This document shows positions 1-11,241 of a stretch of DNA of 64,000 bases, piece after piece. The notes beneath the pieces are model-generated. The model worked only from the letters and a program-made list of their open reading frames with translations. It was not told the origin of the DNA and made no database searches. Positions within the stretch are counted from its first letter, which is position 1, and each line of letters starts with the position of its first letter. The translations under genes were made by a program, and so were the position numbers. Source of the DNA: an uncultured Rivularia sp. GTDB lineage: Bacteria; Cyanobacteriota; Cyanobacteriia; Cyanobacteriales; Nostocaceae. The stretch spans positions 3,520,001 to 3,584,000 of the forward strand of contig OY762007.1 in the NCBI GenBank assembly GCA_963665115.1. Direction: 5' to 3'.

Positions 1-896
1 AACTACATATATTATCTAGATATGTGACATTGATTTGGTAAATAACCATTTATGAGTAGTTTAATTCTTTTCAGCAGTTCAATTACAGTAATACGACGGA
101 CTTGTACCGACATTAACAGACATTCTTAGATAACAAGTAAAAAAAGGATGAAGACTACTTAAAGCTACTAAGTATTTTACTTATACAATTTGATTCTTTA
201 AGCAATACGCGAAGGTTCAATATTGTACATTTTAATTATGTATTCAGTATTACCACTTAAGTATAATACAGTTGTTGGCTTTGAGACTTGTAGTAGCGAT
301 TGTTATACCTAATGTATTTTATTTTTTTGATAACCTGTATAAAATTTTTCTTTATTATTATTTATTCATCAATAATTAAAAATATCGGAGATTAGTTTTA
401 ACTCCGAAATATTGCAGCCTTTATATTAAAGTAGCTATCAGCAAATATAAAGTTTAAATTTATACATTATAAAACTTAATATTGTGCAATTTGACTGTAT
501 TTACATATTTATCGAGTTAGTTGCGAACATTGAGAGGCTAATATTAATAATCAGACAGCAAAACACAGCATAATGAAACTTTAATTTCTAATTGACGGTT
601 AATTAAATTTAGTTAAGCATATTAAATATAGGCATTTAGTTATACATTGATGAGACTTATCTAATTGATGTAATATCATAGTTCTTTCTAAAGGAATACA
701 CTTCTCAAAAATTGCGTCAAACTCAGTTTTAAATTAATTAAAATTATCTACCGTTGCGTTTTGATAGATATTGCTTTCGGAAAACTTACTTATTTAATTT
801 TTACACATGGCAAGTATGAGATCGTTGATGTTGCGAACGTCATATTTACATAAAAAAATATGTAAAGTTATATAAAATCCACAGTTAATTACTGAC

Positions 897-1080
897 CGAA
901 AATAATGGGATACAAGCCCCGTCCTTGTAGGACGGCTTTATGGTAAATTGGGGAATAGTCGCCATAGGGCATTGGGAGACTTTAAACGGACATGGAGGGA
1001 AGGTAAGACTAATTTTAATTAGCGCATCCCAGGGAAGTGTCAAGGAATCCTCGACCGTTTACGGCGGGGAGGTATGTCAA
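897..1080 (+). mobile_element. Non-autonomous IS200/IS605-type miniature element (left-end hairpin + tnpB 3'/omegaRNA-like region + right end)
   Basis: Left hairpin AAGCCCCGTCCTTGTAGGACGGCTT (914-938). Right-end hairpin GAATCCTCGACCGTTTACGGCGGGGAGGTATG followed by terminal TCAA (1077-1080). The interior resembles tnpB 3' ends. No transposase or TnpB ORF. The left boundary is inferred. Confidence 0.7.
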
Positions 1081-1206
1081 CCTTATTCCATATTAACAAC
1101 AAGAACCCCCCTTTTATTCAAGGGGGGAATTCGAGGAATCCAAATTTATAAATATTAAATTCTTCGTTGTCGCAGTGTAAATCCCATTACAACGAAAAAT
1201 AAAAAA

Positions 1207-1288
1207 TGCGGATGAAAGGACTTGAACCTTCACGCCCGGAGGCACTAGAACCTAAATCTAGCGCGTCTGCCAATTCCGCCACATCCGC
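1207..1288 (-). tRNA. trnL: tRNA-Leu (anticodon TAG)
   Basis: Reverse complement GCGGATGTGGCGGAATTGGCAGACGCGCTAGATTTAGGTTCTAGTGCCTCCGGGCGTGAAGGTTCAAGTCCTTTCATCCGCA folds as a cloverleaf with a long variable arm and GTTCAA T-loop. CCA not encoded. Confidence 0.96.
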
Positions 1289-1417
1289 ATAATCGCTTAT
1301 ATACTATATCATAAAAAAATATTTTTTAAATAATTATTTTCATGAAAATGCTCTAAACATTACGGGAAAAGGAATAGAGAGCAGTGGGAATAAATAATAG
1401 GTATTGCAACAATAGAA

Positions 1418-2611
1418 TCAGGACTCACCTATATTCACGCGAGGTAAACGATCTTTAAAAGAACAGAGAATTTCCCAAGAAATAGTATTTAACTGATTTG
1501 CCCAATCTTGGGCAGTGATTTGTTCGTCACCTTCACTGCCAAGAATCGTCACAATTTCTCCTTCTCGTACATCGGGAACCGCGCTGATATCTAACATAAT
1601 CTGATCCATAGTAATTGCACCAATTTGAGGTACTTTTGCTCCTCTAATCAAAACTTGCATATTGTTAGAAAGATTCCGAGGTATACCATCCGCGTAACCA
1701 ATTCCGACAACAGCCAAACGCATTTGTTTAGAAGCAATAAATGTATGCCCGTAACTAACACCAGCACCTTTTTCAATCGTCTTGACATGAGCAACTCGTG
1801 CTTTTACTTCTAAAACAGGCTGTAAGTCAACAGTTGAGTGCAGACGATCTGACGGATAAAATCCATAAATAGCTAAACCCACGCGCACCATATCGTAATG
1901 TAGAGACTTATCGCTTAAAGTGCCAGCAGAATTTGCTAAATGCAAGCGAGGTATTTCTATCCCAATGTCTTTAAGAATGGCGATCGCACTTTTAAAGCGC
2001 TGATGTTGCAAGTCCATTACAGTTCGATCGGAACTGTCGGCGGTTGCTAAATGAGAATAAACGCTTTGTATACTAAGATGAGGCAAGCCTGCAACCAATT
2101 GAACGAATTCGCCACAGTCTTGCCAATGGATACCCAAGCGAGACATTCCGGTATCTAATTTGAGATGTACTCGTAAGGGAGAATCAAGATTTATCGTTTC
2201 TAAAATATCAGAAAAAATTAAAGCTTGTTTAACACTGCAAAGTGTAGGTTCAAGTTGCCTTTGTGCAATTGCTTGAACTTGTTCTGGAGTATAAGTTGCA
2301 CCTAAAATTAAAATCGGCGCTTTAATGCCAGCTTCTCGTAGCTGAATTCCTTCTGGAACAGTAGCTACACCCAACCAGCTAGCTCCTGCTTTTAACGCTA
2401 TTTGAGCAACGCTTACCGCTCCATGCCCGTAACCATCAGCTTTCACCACAGCCATGAACTGAGTTCCCGGTTGCAGCAACTTCCTGACTTGAACTATGTT
2501 ATTGGATAATACCGCTAAATTAATTTCAACCCAAGCACGTTGGCTTACCCAAGCATGAGTATCGCAAGGAACAATTGAATTAAAACTTTTATTTTGTTCG
2601 TTACTTGACAT
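1418..2611 (-). CDS. alr: Alanine racemase
   Basis: PLP lysine motif AVVKADGYGHG, plus KLDTGMSRLG, GYADG and ITMDQ. Start taken at ATG (MSSNEQ) rather than the upstream ORF start. Confidence 0.95.
   Translation of the reverse strand: MSSNEQNKSFNSIVPCDTHAWVSQRAWVEINLAVLSNNIVQVRKLLQPGTQFMAVVKADGYGHGAVSVAQIALKAGASWLGVATVPEGIQLREAGIKAPILILGATYTPEQVQAIAQRQLEPTLCSVKQALIFSDILETINLDSPLRVHLKLDTGMSRLGIHWQDCGEFVQLVAGLPHLSIQSVYSHLATADSSDRTVMDLQHQRFKSAIAILKDIGIEIPRLHLANSAGTLSDKSLHYDMVRVGLAIYGFYPSDRLHSTVDLQPVLEVKARVAHVKTIEKGAGVSYGHTFIASKQMRLAVVGIGYADGIPRNLSNNMQVLIRGAKVPQIGAITMDQIMLDISAVPDVREGEIVTILGSEGDEQITAQDWANQLNTISWEILCSFKDRLPRVNIGES
1980..1987. repeat. HIP1 octamer GCGATCGC (one example of many across the window)
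   Basis: Further copies at about 3366, 15735, 16904, 23125, 26615, 35750, 39019, 43030, 46043, 50740, 57268, 60367 and 61290. A typical cyanobacterial signature. Confidence 0.95.
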
Positions 2612-3078
2612 TAACTCTCTCCAATTCACGCCACTTCCACACAGCAATACTTGGCTGGATATTAATATACTCCTCTTCCACAAGCTTTATAGGATTAATT
2701 TAGAAGTTTACCGTTACTTAGATAGAGGATACAAATATTGAATTACTTCTTCTGAAAATATTGTTTTTTTGCGGATATACAGTTTTGAGCTTGACGCTGG
2801 TTCGCTTTTCTTAATCCTATCCCGCTCTCTCTTTCCTCTGCATCTCAGCAGTTTTTATCCGCTAACTTCTGCCAGGAAGAAAGTAATTCCCAAATGCTTT
2901 TGATATCTTAACTGAAAGCAAAAATACAATGGCATATCATGCTTTAACCGTCTAAAGATCGACTGCGTTTCAAGTGAATTCTAACAAAAAACTTATTCTT
3001 GTATAAATTATGCTCGACTCGCAAATTAGATTCAATTCGTGTTAATATATGTAAAACTAATACCTTGAGCGACTATCA

Positions 3079-3576
3079 ATGGGAAAGGTTTTAGTCCTAA
3101 ACGCTTCTTACGAACCGCTCAATATAACGAGTTGGCGACGTGCTGCAATTTTGCTGATTAAGGGAAAGGCAGAGCGGGTAGAACATAACGGTAAATTTAT
3201 TTACTCAGATTTCCCGCTTCCGACAGTTATAAGGCTGCGCTATTACGTGCGCGTTCCTTATAAAGAAATTCCTTTAACCCGTCGAAATATATTGCATCGC
3301 GATGGTCATACTTGTCAATACTGCGGCTACAAGGGCGATGACTTAACACTGGATCATGTAATACCGCGATCGCGTCGTGGAGGCGATAGCTGGGAAAACA
3401 TAGCTACAGCTTGCGTTCGCTGTAACGTCAAGAAAGGCAATCGAACGCCGAAAGAAGCTCAGATGCCATTACATCATGCTCCACGCCGACCTTACAGTAG
3501 TCTCTATTTTGAGGTAAGCAAGCATCTTAAAAGTGGTTTGCATCAAGAGTGGCAAAAATATGTCATAGGACTCTGA
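3079..3576 (+). CDS. HNH endonuclease (McrA-like, conserved cyanobacterial type)
   Basis: RDGHTCQYCG...TLDHVIPRSRRGGDSWENIATACVRCNVKK; N-terminal VLVLNASYEPL. Confidence 0.92.
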   Translation: MGKVLVLNASYEPLNITSWRRAAILLIKGKAERVEHNGKFIYSDFPLPTVIRLRYYVRVPYKEIPLTRRNILHRDGHTCQYCGYKGDDLTLDHVIPRSRRGGDSWENIATACVRCNVKKGNRTPKEAQMPLHHAPRRPYSSLYFEVSKHLKSGLHQEWQKYVIGL

Positions 3577-4342
3577 GACGATTTTTTGTCATTATCGAGG
3601 CATGATGATTGCTTTTTCAGAAGCAGTTAATATGCTTTTTGAGGTAGACTTATGAGCTTATCATGCGAGCGACAATTTTTAAATTGCCGTTTAGGTTTTG
3701 TCGTAAAAGAATTGAAACAATTGGCAAAATTTGTTTACTAGCTTTTAGGAAGAGTATCGAGACTGTTCCATAAAGTTATGCAAGCTGAATTTACCAAGTA
3801 CTACAAATCTCGCGACAAGAACTTTAACATTCTACATCATGATTGTAAAACGGCAAGTAGGGTGCATCTAAATTATCAAAAAATATAAGATGAGAAATAG
3901 ATTTTCTGTAAAATGGCTTAAAAAAATCTACATAAATAAAAATAATCACACTTAAAAAAAATACAATCTGTTATATAATGCTGCGGATTATTTTTGCTCG
4001 CGGTAGCGAAATGTAGTGCGGTTATGCAAAATCAATCACCTGCTCCGGTAAGGTAGTATGCCGCTCAGAGGGCACATAAAATAATCACAGTAGAAGAAGA
4101 AAGAAGATTCGATATGATTACTTCTCTCCTTCTCCTTGCTTCCCTGCTGTCTCAACGACGATCGAGTGGGTTCCTTTAGGAGTAACCCAGTTCAATTGGG
4201 ACAATAACATTTGCAAGCAATATATTTGAGATATTGGCGCTTTGCTACATAGAGTGCGAAGATTGTAATCTGTGGCAGGTGAAGATATTTAGTTTTTAAA
4301 GCTTTTCAACCCGAACTGCTCACGCTACAACACACGTTCCCT

Positions 4343-5641
4343 ATGCAACGAAATACTTCCGAAAAACAGGTTGAGGATTTGCAATTGCAACCAGACTCAA
4401 CCGATAAAAATGTTGAAATTGACCGAGATTCTTTGGAAGTATCACTTCCATCGAATAAATTTGTCGAAACAGCAGTACCCGGTGGCAATAATAATCGAGC
4501 AGGTTCTCGTGCTAGTACCTTAGCTGCTCAGAAATCAGAACAATTATTAAAAACGCTCAAAGCACATAAACATGAGCGTCAAATAATCATCTTACAAGAT
4601 TTTCCAGACCCCGATGCTTTGTCTTCAGCTTGGACGTACCAGTTGATTGCTCAGCAATATGATATTAAGTGCGATATCACTTATGCAGGAACCCTTTCCC
4701 ATCAAGAAAATATTGCTTTAGTAAAGCTTACGAGTTTACCGGCAACTCGTACTCCCTTACAAAGTTTCAAAAATCGTGACTTATCGTCATATCAAGGTTA
4801 CGTACTAATCGATAATCAAGGTACTACTTCCACTTTGGTTCATGAAGTTCAGCAAGCAGGAATTCCTTTAACGGTAATCGTGGATCACCACAACCTACAA
4901 GGCGATTTAAAGTCAGAGTTTGCTGACATACGTCCGGCAGTGAGAGCAACAGCAACAATTTTTACCCAGTATCTACAAGCCGGGTTGTTGCAGCTAGATA
5001 GTAGCATGAGCGAACACGTTAACTGTGCCACAGCACTGATGCATGGCTTGCATTCAGATACCAACCGACTGATGCAGGCTAAAGAAGAAGATTTTATGGC
5101 AGCAGCTTATCTGAGCCGATTTTACGACGGTCAGTTGCTTAATACCATACTGCTAGCCACTCGTTCCAAGCGAGTAATGGACGTGATTGAACGCTCATTA
5201 AGAAATCGCATTGTGCAAAATAATTTTTCGATTGCCGGTGTGGGTTACTTACGCTACGAGGATAGAGATGCAATTCCCCAAGCCGCTGATTTTTTAGTGA
5301 CAGAAGATAACGTTCATACCGCAGTTGTTTACGGTATCGTTCACGATGAAGACGAAGAAGAATTAGAAGTAGTAATTGGTTCTTTAAGAACGAATAAGCT
5401 AACTTTAGATCCCGATGAATTTATCAAAGAAGCTTTTGGGCAAGACAACACGGGTCGCTTTTTTGGTGGTGGACGTAGTAGCGCTGGTGGCTTTGAAATT
5501 CCGATGGGTTTTTTGTCTGGCAGCAACGAAAGCTCACCTTATGCAAAAATGAAATGGGAAGTTTATGATGCTCAAATCAAGCAGAAGTTGTTGAAACTAG
5601 TCAATCCCAAAGATAATCTCATATCATCTGACGATGAATAG
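4343..5641 (+). CDS. DHH-family phosphoesterase (NrnA-like)
   Basis: QDFPDPDA, IVDHH and C-terminal GGGRSSAGG motifs. Confidence 0.88.
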   Translation: MQRNTSEKQVEDLQLQPDSTDKNVEIDRDSLEVSLPSNKFVETAVPGGNNNRAGSRASTLAAQKSEQLLKTLKAHKHERQIIILQDFPDPDALSSAWTYQLIAQQYDIKCDITYAGTLSHQENIALVKLTSLPATRTPLQSFKNRDLSSYQGYVLIDNQGTTSTLVHEVQQAGIPLTVIVDHHNLQGDLKSEFADIRPAVRATATIFTQYLQAGLLQLDSSMSEHVNCATALMHGLHSDTNRLMQAKEEDFMAAAYLSRFYDGQLLNTILLATRSKRVMDVIERSLRNRIVQNNFSIAGVGYLRYEDRDAIPQAADFLVTEDNVHTAVVYGIVHDEDEEELEVVIGSLRTNKLTLDPDEFIKEAFGQDNTGRFFGGGRSSAGGFEIPMGFLSGSNESSPYAKMKWEVYDAQIKQKLLKLVNPKDNLISSDDE

Positions 5642-5790
5642 TTGTTAGTTGCTAGTTGTTAGTTGTTAGTAGAACAATTATCAACTATTTTAATCAATTC
5701 AATCAATCCAAAATCCTAGATACTTACTACAACGGAGGAAACCTCCGCAACGTAGTGTCCTCAAAATCCAAAATCCAAAATCTAAAATTT

Positions 5791-6288
5791 GTGGAACTAT
5801 ATTTTATTCGTCATGGTATTGCCCAAGAAGCTACCAGCGAAATCAAAGATGAGCAACGAAGTCTCACCGAACAAGGGCGAACAAAAACGCAAAAAGTTGC
5901 TCAACGCTTAAAAGACCTGGATTTAAGTTTTGATTTAATCGCAACGAGTCCCTTAGTAAGAGCGCAACAAACAGCAGAAATATTAGTTTCCATAGGATTA
6001 AGTTCGCAATTGGAGCAATGTTCTCATCTTGCTCCCGGTGGTAGTGCAGAGGATTGGGTTGAAAAATGGCTGAAACCTAAAAATTATCAGCCTTCCACTC
6101 GCTTGGCATTAGTCGGACATCAGCCTTGTCTAAGTAATTGGGCTGAAATTTTAATCTGGGGCGAAGCTAAAAACAGCTTGGTACTAAAAAAAGCAGGTAT
6201 CATTGGAATAGAGATACCCCCTACCGCCTCTATTATGGGTCGTTGTCAAATGTTTTGGTTGACACCACCCAGATACTTGCTGTCTTGA
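5791..6288 (+). CDS. sixA: Phosphohistidine phosphatase SixA
   Basis: LYFIRHG, SPLVRAQQTA and VGHQP motifs. Start set at GTG 5791 because the upstream ORF extension translates repeat DNA. Confidence 0.9.
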   Translation: MELYFIRHGIAQEATSEIKDEQRSLTEQGRTKTQKVAQRLKDLDLSFDLIATSPLVRAQQTAEILVSIGLSSQLEQCSHLAPGGSAEDWVEKWLKPKNYQPSTRLALVGHQPCLSNWAEILIWGEAKNSLVLKKAGIIGIEIPPTASIMGRCQMFWLTPPRYLLS

Positions 6289-6400
6289 GCTATCCAACTT
6301 TTTATCAAAAGCATTTTGTAATAAAGGATACTGTTATGACGGTAAAACTTTCTGGTAAGTTAACTCTATAAAATCTTTCAAACATTCGTATGGTATTGCC

Positions 6401-7540
6401 ATGATGGTTTGCGAATTTAAACCCGGATTAGATGGTGTTCCCGCAGCTCAATCCAGTATTAGTAATGTTGACGGGCAGAAGGGAATACTCGAATATCGTG
6501 GCATCCGAATTGAAGAACTAGCTAAAAAGAGTACTTTCTTAGAAACTGCTTATCTGCTAATTTGGGGCGAACTGCCTTCCAAAGAAGAATTAGCATTATT
6601 TGAACATGAAGTTCATCAAAATAGAAGAATAAAATACCGCATTCGGGACATGATGAAGTGTTTTCCCGAAAGCGGTCATCCAATGGATGTTTTGCAAGCT
6701 TCAGCAGCAGCATTGGGTTTGTTTTATTCGCGGCGCGATTTAGATAATCCAGTTTATATCAGAAATGCAGTTGTCCGTCTGCTGGCAAGTATTCCCACAA
6801 TGGTCGCAGCTTTTGAATTGATGCGACGAGGCGATGACCCCGTGCGCCCTCATGATGACTTAGATTATGCTGCTAACTTTTTGTATATGCTGCATGAGGA
6901 GAAACCAGATCCGATAGCGGCGCGGATATTTGATGTCTGCTTGATACTTCATGCCGAACACACTATGAATGCCTCGACCTTTAGCGCTAGAGTAACGGCT
7001 TCAACTCTTACCGACCCCTACGCAGTTGTTGCAAGTGCAGTAGGAACTTTAGGAGGTCCTTTGCACGGTGGTGCCAACGAAGAAGTGATTGGGATGCTAG
7101 AAGAAATTGGTTCGACAAAAAATGTTCGTCCCTATGTTTTAGACTGCATTCAGCGAAAAGCCAAAATCATGGGTTTTGGTCATCGCGTTTATAAAGTAAA
7201 AGATCCGCGTGCGAAGATTCTGCAAAACTTAGCAGAAGAACTATTTGCCAAAGTTGGGTATGACAAGTACTATGACATTGCCCAAGAAATGGAACGAGTA
7301 GTAGAAGAAAAACTCGGTCAGAAAGGAATCTATGCTAACGTTGACTTCTACTCCGGGCTAGTTTATAGAAAATTAGGAATTTCTACAGACTTTTTTACAC
7401 CAGTATTTGCGATGGCTCGTGTTGCTGGTTGGTTAGCCCATTGGAAAGAGCAGTTAGTACAAAACAGAATTTTCCGTCCTAGCCAGGTTTACAACGGTCG
7501 CCACAACGTTGATTACGTGCATATAACCGAACGCGGTTAG
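6401..7540 (+). CDS. gltA: Citrate synthase
   Basis: LHAEHTMNAST, GPLHGGAN, GFGHRVYK and NVDFYSG motifs. Confidence 0.97.
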   Translation: MMVCEFKPGLDGVPAAQSSISNVDGQKGILEYRGIRIEELAKKSTFLETAYLLIWGELPSKEELALFEHEVHQNRRIKYRIRDMMKCFPESGHPMDVLQASAAALGLFYSRRDLDNPVYIRNAVVRLLASIPTMVAAFELMRRGDDPVRPHDDLDYAANFLYMLHEEKPDPIAARIFDVCLILHAEHTMNASTFSARVTASTLTDPYAVVASAVGTLGGPLHGGANEEVIGMLEEIGSTKNVRPYVLDCIQRKAKIMGFGHRVYKVKDPRAKILQNLAEELFAKVGYDKYYDIAQEMERVVEEKLGQKGIYANVDFYSGLVYRKLGISTDFFTPVFAMARVAGWLAHWKEQLVQNRIFRPSQVYNGRHNVDYVHITERG

Positions 7541-8194
7541 GTTGGAAGTTAGGAGTTAGGAGTTAGGAGTTAATTTAATAATTAATTATTTTTCCTGCTC
7601 TCCCACTCTCCCGCTCTCCCCATCTCCTCATCCCTCTTACGAGAATTCTTTATCCATGAGATAAGTAGAACCTCTTACTTAGGTGAGAGAACAGCAAGCC
7701 TTAGAACGATATACTAGGCATGGTCATTGCAAAAAATCTTAAACTTTGCCTTTTTTAGGTAAAGATATTGCTGGGTTACTTTACAGTTATTAATAAGTAT
7801 AAGTAGTTGTAAATGACCGGCTAAAGCATGAAGTCTGAAGGGTTTAATGTAACGCTTCTTACTTTATTGTGTAAAGTTCGGACAAGCGTAGAAAGCGTCG
7901 ATCGCAAGCAGCGTAATCGTCACCGCCTGTTCCTTTACGGTTGAATTCGGGTAAACGGTTTGACTAGTAGAGGCTTGGAAGATATCTAACTAATAACTGT
8001 TAGATATCTTTCAAGCGATGAAGAATACCGTGTTTTATCGCGAGTCGTGTCAAGCTTGAGTAAACTTCAAGGTTTGCTGGTTCCTGGGATTATCTCCATT
8101 TAAAAACCAGACCCTTCACGGGGATTAAAATCCCGCGTGTCACTTCCCTCTCAGCTTTAAAAAGACTGAGTTTTCCACGTCCCGTATATTTCTT

Positions 8195-9313
8195 ATGAAT
8201 TCAGGAATTGATCTGCAAGGAACTTTTATTCAAAGTTTGATGGATTTAGGACTGCCTGCGGGTACGGCTAAAGCCATTTGGATGCCCTTGCCTATGATTT
8301 TGATGCTTATTGGTGCCACAGTAGGGGTGCTAGTGTGTGTTTGGCAAGAGCGAAAAATTTCAGCAGCAGCCCAGCAGCGGATTGGCCCAGAATTTATCGG
8401 ACCTTTAGGTTTGCTCGCACCAGTAGCAGATGGTCTAAAATTAGTCTTCAAAGAAGATATAATACCGGCCAAAGCCGACCGCTGGTTATTTACCCTTGGC
8501 CCCATCATAGTTGTGCTGCCGGTATTCCTGTCCTATTTAATTGTGCCGTTTGGACAGAATCTATTAATAACCAATGTGGGAACGGGAGTTTTCTTATGGA
8601 TTGCTCTTTCTTCCATTCAGCCAATCGGCTTATTAATGGCTGGCTACGCATCTAATAACAAATATGCTCTCTTAGGAGGGTTGCGAGCCGCAGCACAATC
8701 AATTAGCTATGAGATTCCTTTGGCACTGGCAGTGTTGGCTGTTGTCATGATGTCAAATAGCCTCAGCACGGTTGATATTGTCAATCAACAATCGGGTTAC
8801 GGTATTTTGGGCTGGAACGTTTGGCGGCAACCAGCAGGTTTCGTTATCTTCTGGATATCAGCTCTAGCCGAATGCGAACGTATGCCTTTTGACTTACCAG
8901 AAGCAGAAGAGGAACTGGTAGCAGGTTATCAAACCGAATATTCTGGTATGAAGTTCGCTTTGTTTTACTTGAGTTCCTACGTAAATTTAGTATTATCTGC
9001 TTTACTGGTATCTGTTTTATATCTAGGTGGTTGGGATTTTCCGATTCCTATCAACTTAATTGCAAATTGGTTGGGAGTTAGTGAAATTAATCCCGTTTTG
9101 CAGATAGTCACGGCTTCATTAGGCATCACAATGACCGTACTAAAAGCTTACTTCTTGGTATTTTTAGCAATTTTGTTACGCTGGACAGTACCAAGAGTTC
9201 GCATCGACCAACTCTTAGATTTAGGTTGGAAATTTTTACTACCCATAGGTTTAGTTAACTTGCTGTTAACCGCAGCATTAAAATTAGCTTTTCCTTTCGC
9301 CTTTGGTGGATAA
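8195..9313 (+). CDS. ndhA: NAD(P)H-quinone oxidoreductase subunit 1
   Basis: [35 protein letters not shown]; first gene of the ndhAIGE operon. Confidence 0.97.
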   Translation: MNSGIDLQGTFIQSLMDLGLPAGTAKAIWMPLPMILMLIGATVGVLVCVWQERKISAAAQQRIGPEFIGPLGLLAPVADGLKLVFKEDIIPAKADRWLFTLGPIIVVLPVFLSYLIVPFGQNLLITNVGTGVFLWIALSSIQPIGLLMAGYASNNKYALLGGLRAAAQSISYEIPLALAVLAVVMMSNSLSTVDIVNQQSGYGILGWNVWRQPAGFVIFWISALAECERMPFDLPEAEEELVAGYQTEYSGMKFALFYLSSYVNLVLSALLVSVLYLGGWDFPIPINLIANWLGVSEINPVLQIVTASLGITMTVLKAYFLVFLAILLRWTVPRVRIDQLLDLGWKFLLPIGLVNLLLTAALKLAFPFAFGG

Positions 9314-9437
9314 ATCAGAAGTTATGAGTTATGAGTTATTAGTTATGAGTTATGAGTTGTGAATAAAAAATGTTGATTAATTCCTAACTCCTAACTTCTA
9401 ACTCCTAACTTTATTTAAGTATAAGGAGAGAGACAAA

Positions 9438-10040
9438 ATGTTGAAGTTCCTCAAACAAGTTGTTGATTACGGTAAAGAAACTTGGGAAGCCACTCGCTAT
9501 ATTGGTCAAGGTTTAGCCGTTACCTTTGACCATATGCAGCGCCGTCCCGTTACAGTACAGTATCCTTACGAAAAATTAATTCCTAGCGAACGCTTTCGCG
9601 GTAGAATTCATTTCGAGTTTGATAAGTGTATTGCTTGCGAGGTTTGCGTTCGGGTATGTCCTATCAACTTACCTGTAGTGGACTGGGAATTTAATAAAGC
9701 GAGTAAAAAGAAAAAGCTTAATCACTACAGTATTGATTTCGGAGTTTGTATATTCTGCGGTAACTGTGTGGAGTATTGTCCGACTAACTGTTTATCAATG
9801 ACAGAAGATTACGAACTTTCTACATATGACCGTCACGAATTAAATTACGATAGCGTTGCTTTAGGTCGTCTGCCTTATAAAGTCACAGATGACCCAATGG
9901 TAACACCGTTGCGCGAATTGGTTTACCTTCCCGAAGGCGTAATGGAACCGCACGATCTACCAGAGGATGCACCTCGTGCAGGTGTTTTCCCACAAGATTT
10001 AGTAGAAGAAAAAGAAAAAGAAGAAGAAGTAAAAGGTTAA
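9438..10040 (+). CDS. ndhI: NAD(P)H-quinone oxidoreductase subunit I
   Basis: Two CxxCxxCxxxCP 4Fe-4S motifs. Confidence 0.97.
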   Translation: MLKFLKQVVDYGKETWEATRYIGQGLAVTFDHMQRRPVTVQYPYEKLIPSERFRGRIHFEFDKCIACEVCVRVCPINLPVVDWEFNKASKKKKLNHYSIDFGVCIFCGNCVEYCPTNCLSMTEDYELSTYDRHELNYDSVALGRLPYKVTDDPMVTPLRELVYLPEGVMEPHDLPEDAPRAGVFPQDLVEEKEKEEEVKG

Positions 10041-10181
10041 GAGTTATAAGTTAGGAGTTAGGAGTTCTTAATTATAAGTTATGAGTGAAAATTAGTCATG
10101 AAGAAGATAATTAACGACTAACAATCAACAACTAATAATTAACAACTAACAACCAATAATCAACAACTAAGGACAAAAAAA

Positions 10182-10787
10182 GTGGATTTAGCGGGTGGAA
10201 TACAGGTAGTTTCGTTTGTCATACTGGCAGCGATGATGATTGGAGCAGCACTTGGAGTTGTACTGTTTAGCAATATTGTTTACTCTGCTTTTATGCTAGC
10301 GGGTGTATTTGTTAGTATCGCAGGATTGTACCTATTGCTTAATGCTGACTTTGTAGCGGCAGCCCAACTGTTAGTTTATGTAGGGGCAATAAACGTATTA
10401 ATTTTGTTTGCCATTATGTTGGTAAATAAGCAAGAAGATTATGTACCTTTGCCAAATGCTTGGATCAGAAAAGCTTTGACAGGATTAGTTAGCTTAGGGT
10501 TGTTTGTACTTTTAAGTACAATGGTTCTGGCAACTCCTTGGAGTATTTCTACTGCAACTCCGGTTGAAAACTCTATAGTTATAATTGGCGAGCATTTCTT
10601 CACCGATTATCTATTACCTTTTGAATTAGCTTCTGTTTTACTACTGATGGCAATGGTAGGAGCAATTATTTTAGCGCGTCGCGAATATTTACCTCCCGAA
10701 GCAACTTCCGACCAAATGCCACAAACTGTTTTAGAATTGCCCGAACGTCCGAGAGAATTAGTATCAGCTGGAAATGAAGACAAATAA
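10182..10787 (+). CDS. ndhG: NAD(P)H-quinone oxidoreductase subunit 6
   Basis: YVGAINVLILFAIML and LPFELASVLLL; operon position. Confidence 0.95.
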   Translation: MDLAGGIQVVSFVILAAMMIGAALGVVLFSNIVYSAFMLAGVFVSIAGLYLLLNADFVAAAQLLVYVGAINVLILFAIMLVNKQEDYVPLPNAWIRKALTGLVSLGLFVLLSTMVLATPWSISTATPVENSIVIIGEHFFTDYLLPFELASVLLLMAMVGAIILARREYLPPEATSDQMPQTVLELPERPRELVSAGNEDK

Positions 10788-10931
10788 CAACTATCAATGA
10801 ACAATTATCAACCGTAGGGTGCGGCTCATCAATAAACAATTGATTATTGATGAATCCCACTCTCCCCTTAATAAGTGATAATTGATAATTGATAACTGAT
10901 AACTGATTTAAAACAGGAATAGTAAACAATC

Positions 10932-11237
10932 ATGCAACTTCAGTACTTTTTATTACTAGCTGCGGCTCTATTTTGTATCGGCATTTATGGCATTGTTACC
11001 AGTCGTAATGCGGTACGAGTTTTAATGTCAATTGAACTATTGCTAAATTCGGTGAACTTGAATTTAATGGCTTTTTCTAATTATCTAGATTCAACATTAA
11101 TTAAAGGTCAAGTTTTCGCCGTATTTGTAATTACTGTAGCAGCGGCAGAAGCAGCAGTTGGTTTGGCGATTGTATTGGCAATATACCGCAACCGCGATAC
11201 TGTTGATATGGAACAGTTCAACCTCCTAAAATGGTAG
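10932..11237 (+). CDS. ndhE: NAD(P)H-quinone oxidoreductase subunit 4L
   Basis: [19 protein letters not shown]. Confidence 0.96.
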   Translation: MQLQYFLLLAAALFCIGIYGIVTSRNAVRVLMSIELLLNSVNLNLMAFSNYLDSTLIKGQVFAVFVITVAAAEAAVGLAIVLAIYRNRDTVDMEQFNLLKW

Positions 11238-11241
11238 TTCT

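Noticed and set aside
940..1158. 72-aa ORF
   Set aside because: Reads through the miniature IS element and its flank; no protein features.
1177..1190. GTA-N8-TAC NtcA-like site
   Set aside because: Lies inside a hairpin downstream of the tRNA with no plausible target promoter; likely chance.
3079..3576. HNH nuclease as a mobile or defence system
   Set aside because: Stand-alone type next to alr, with no methylase, repeat array or recognisable guide RNA adjacent.
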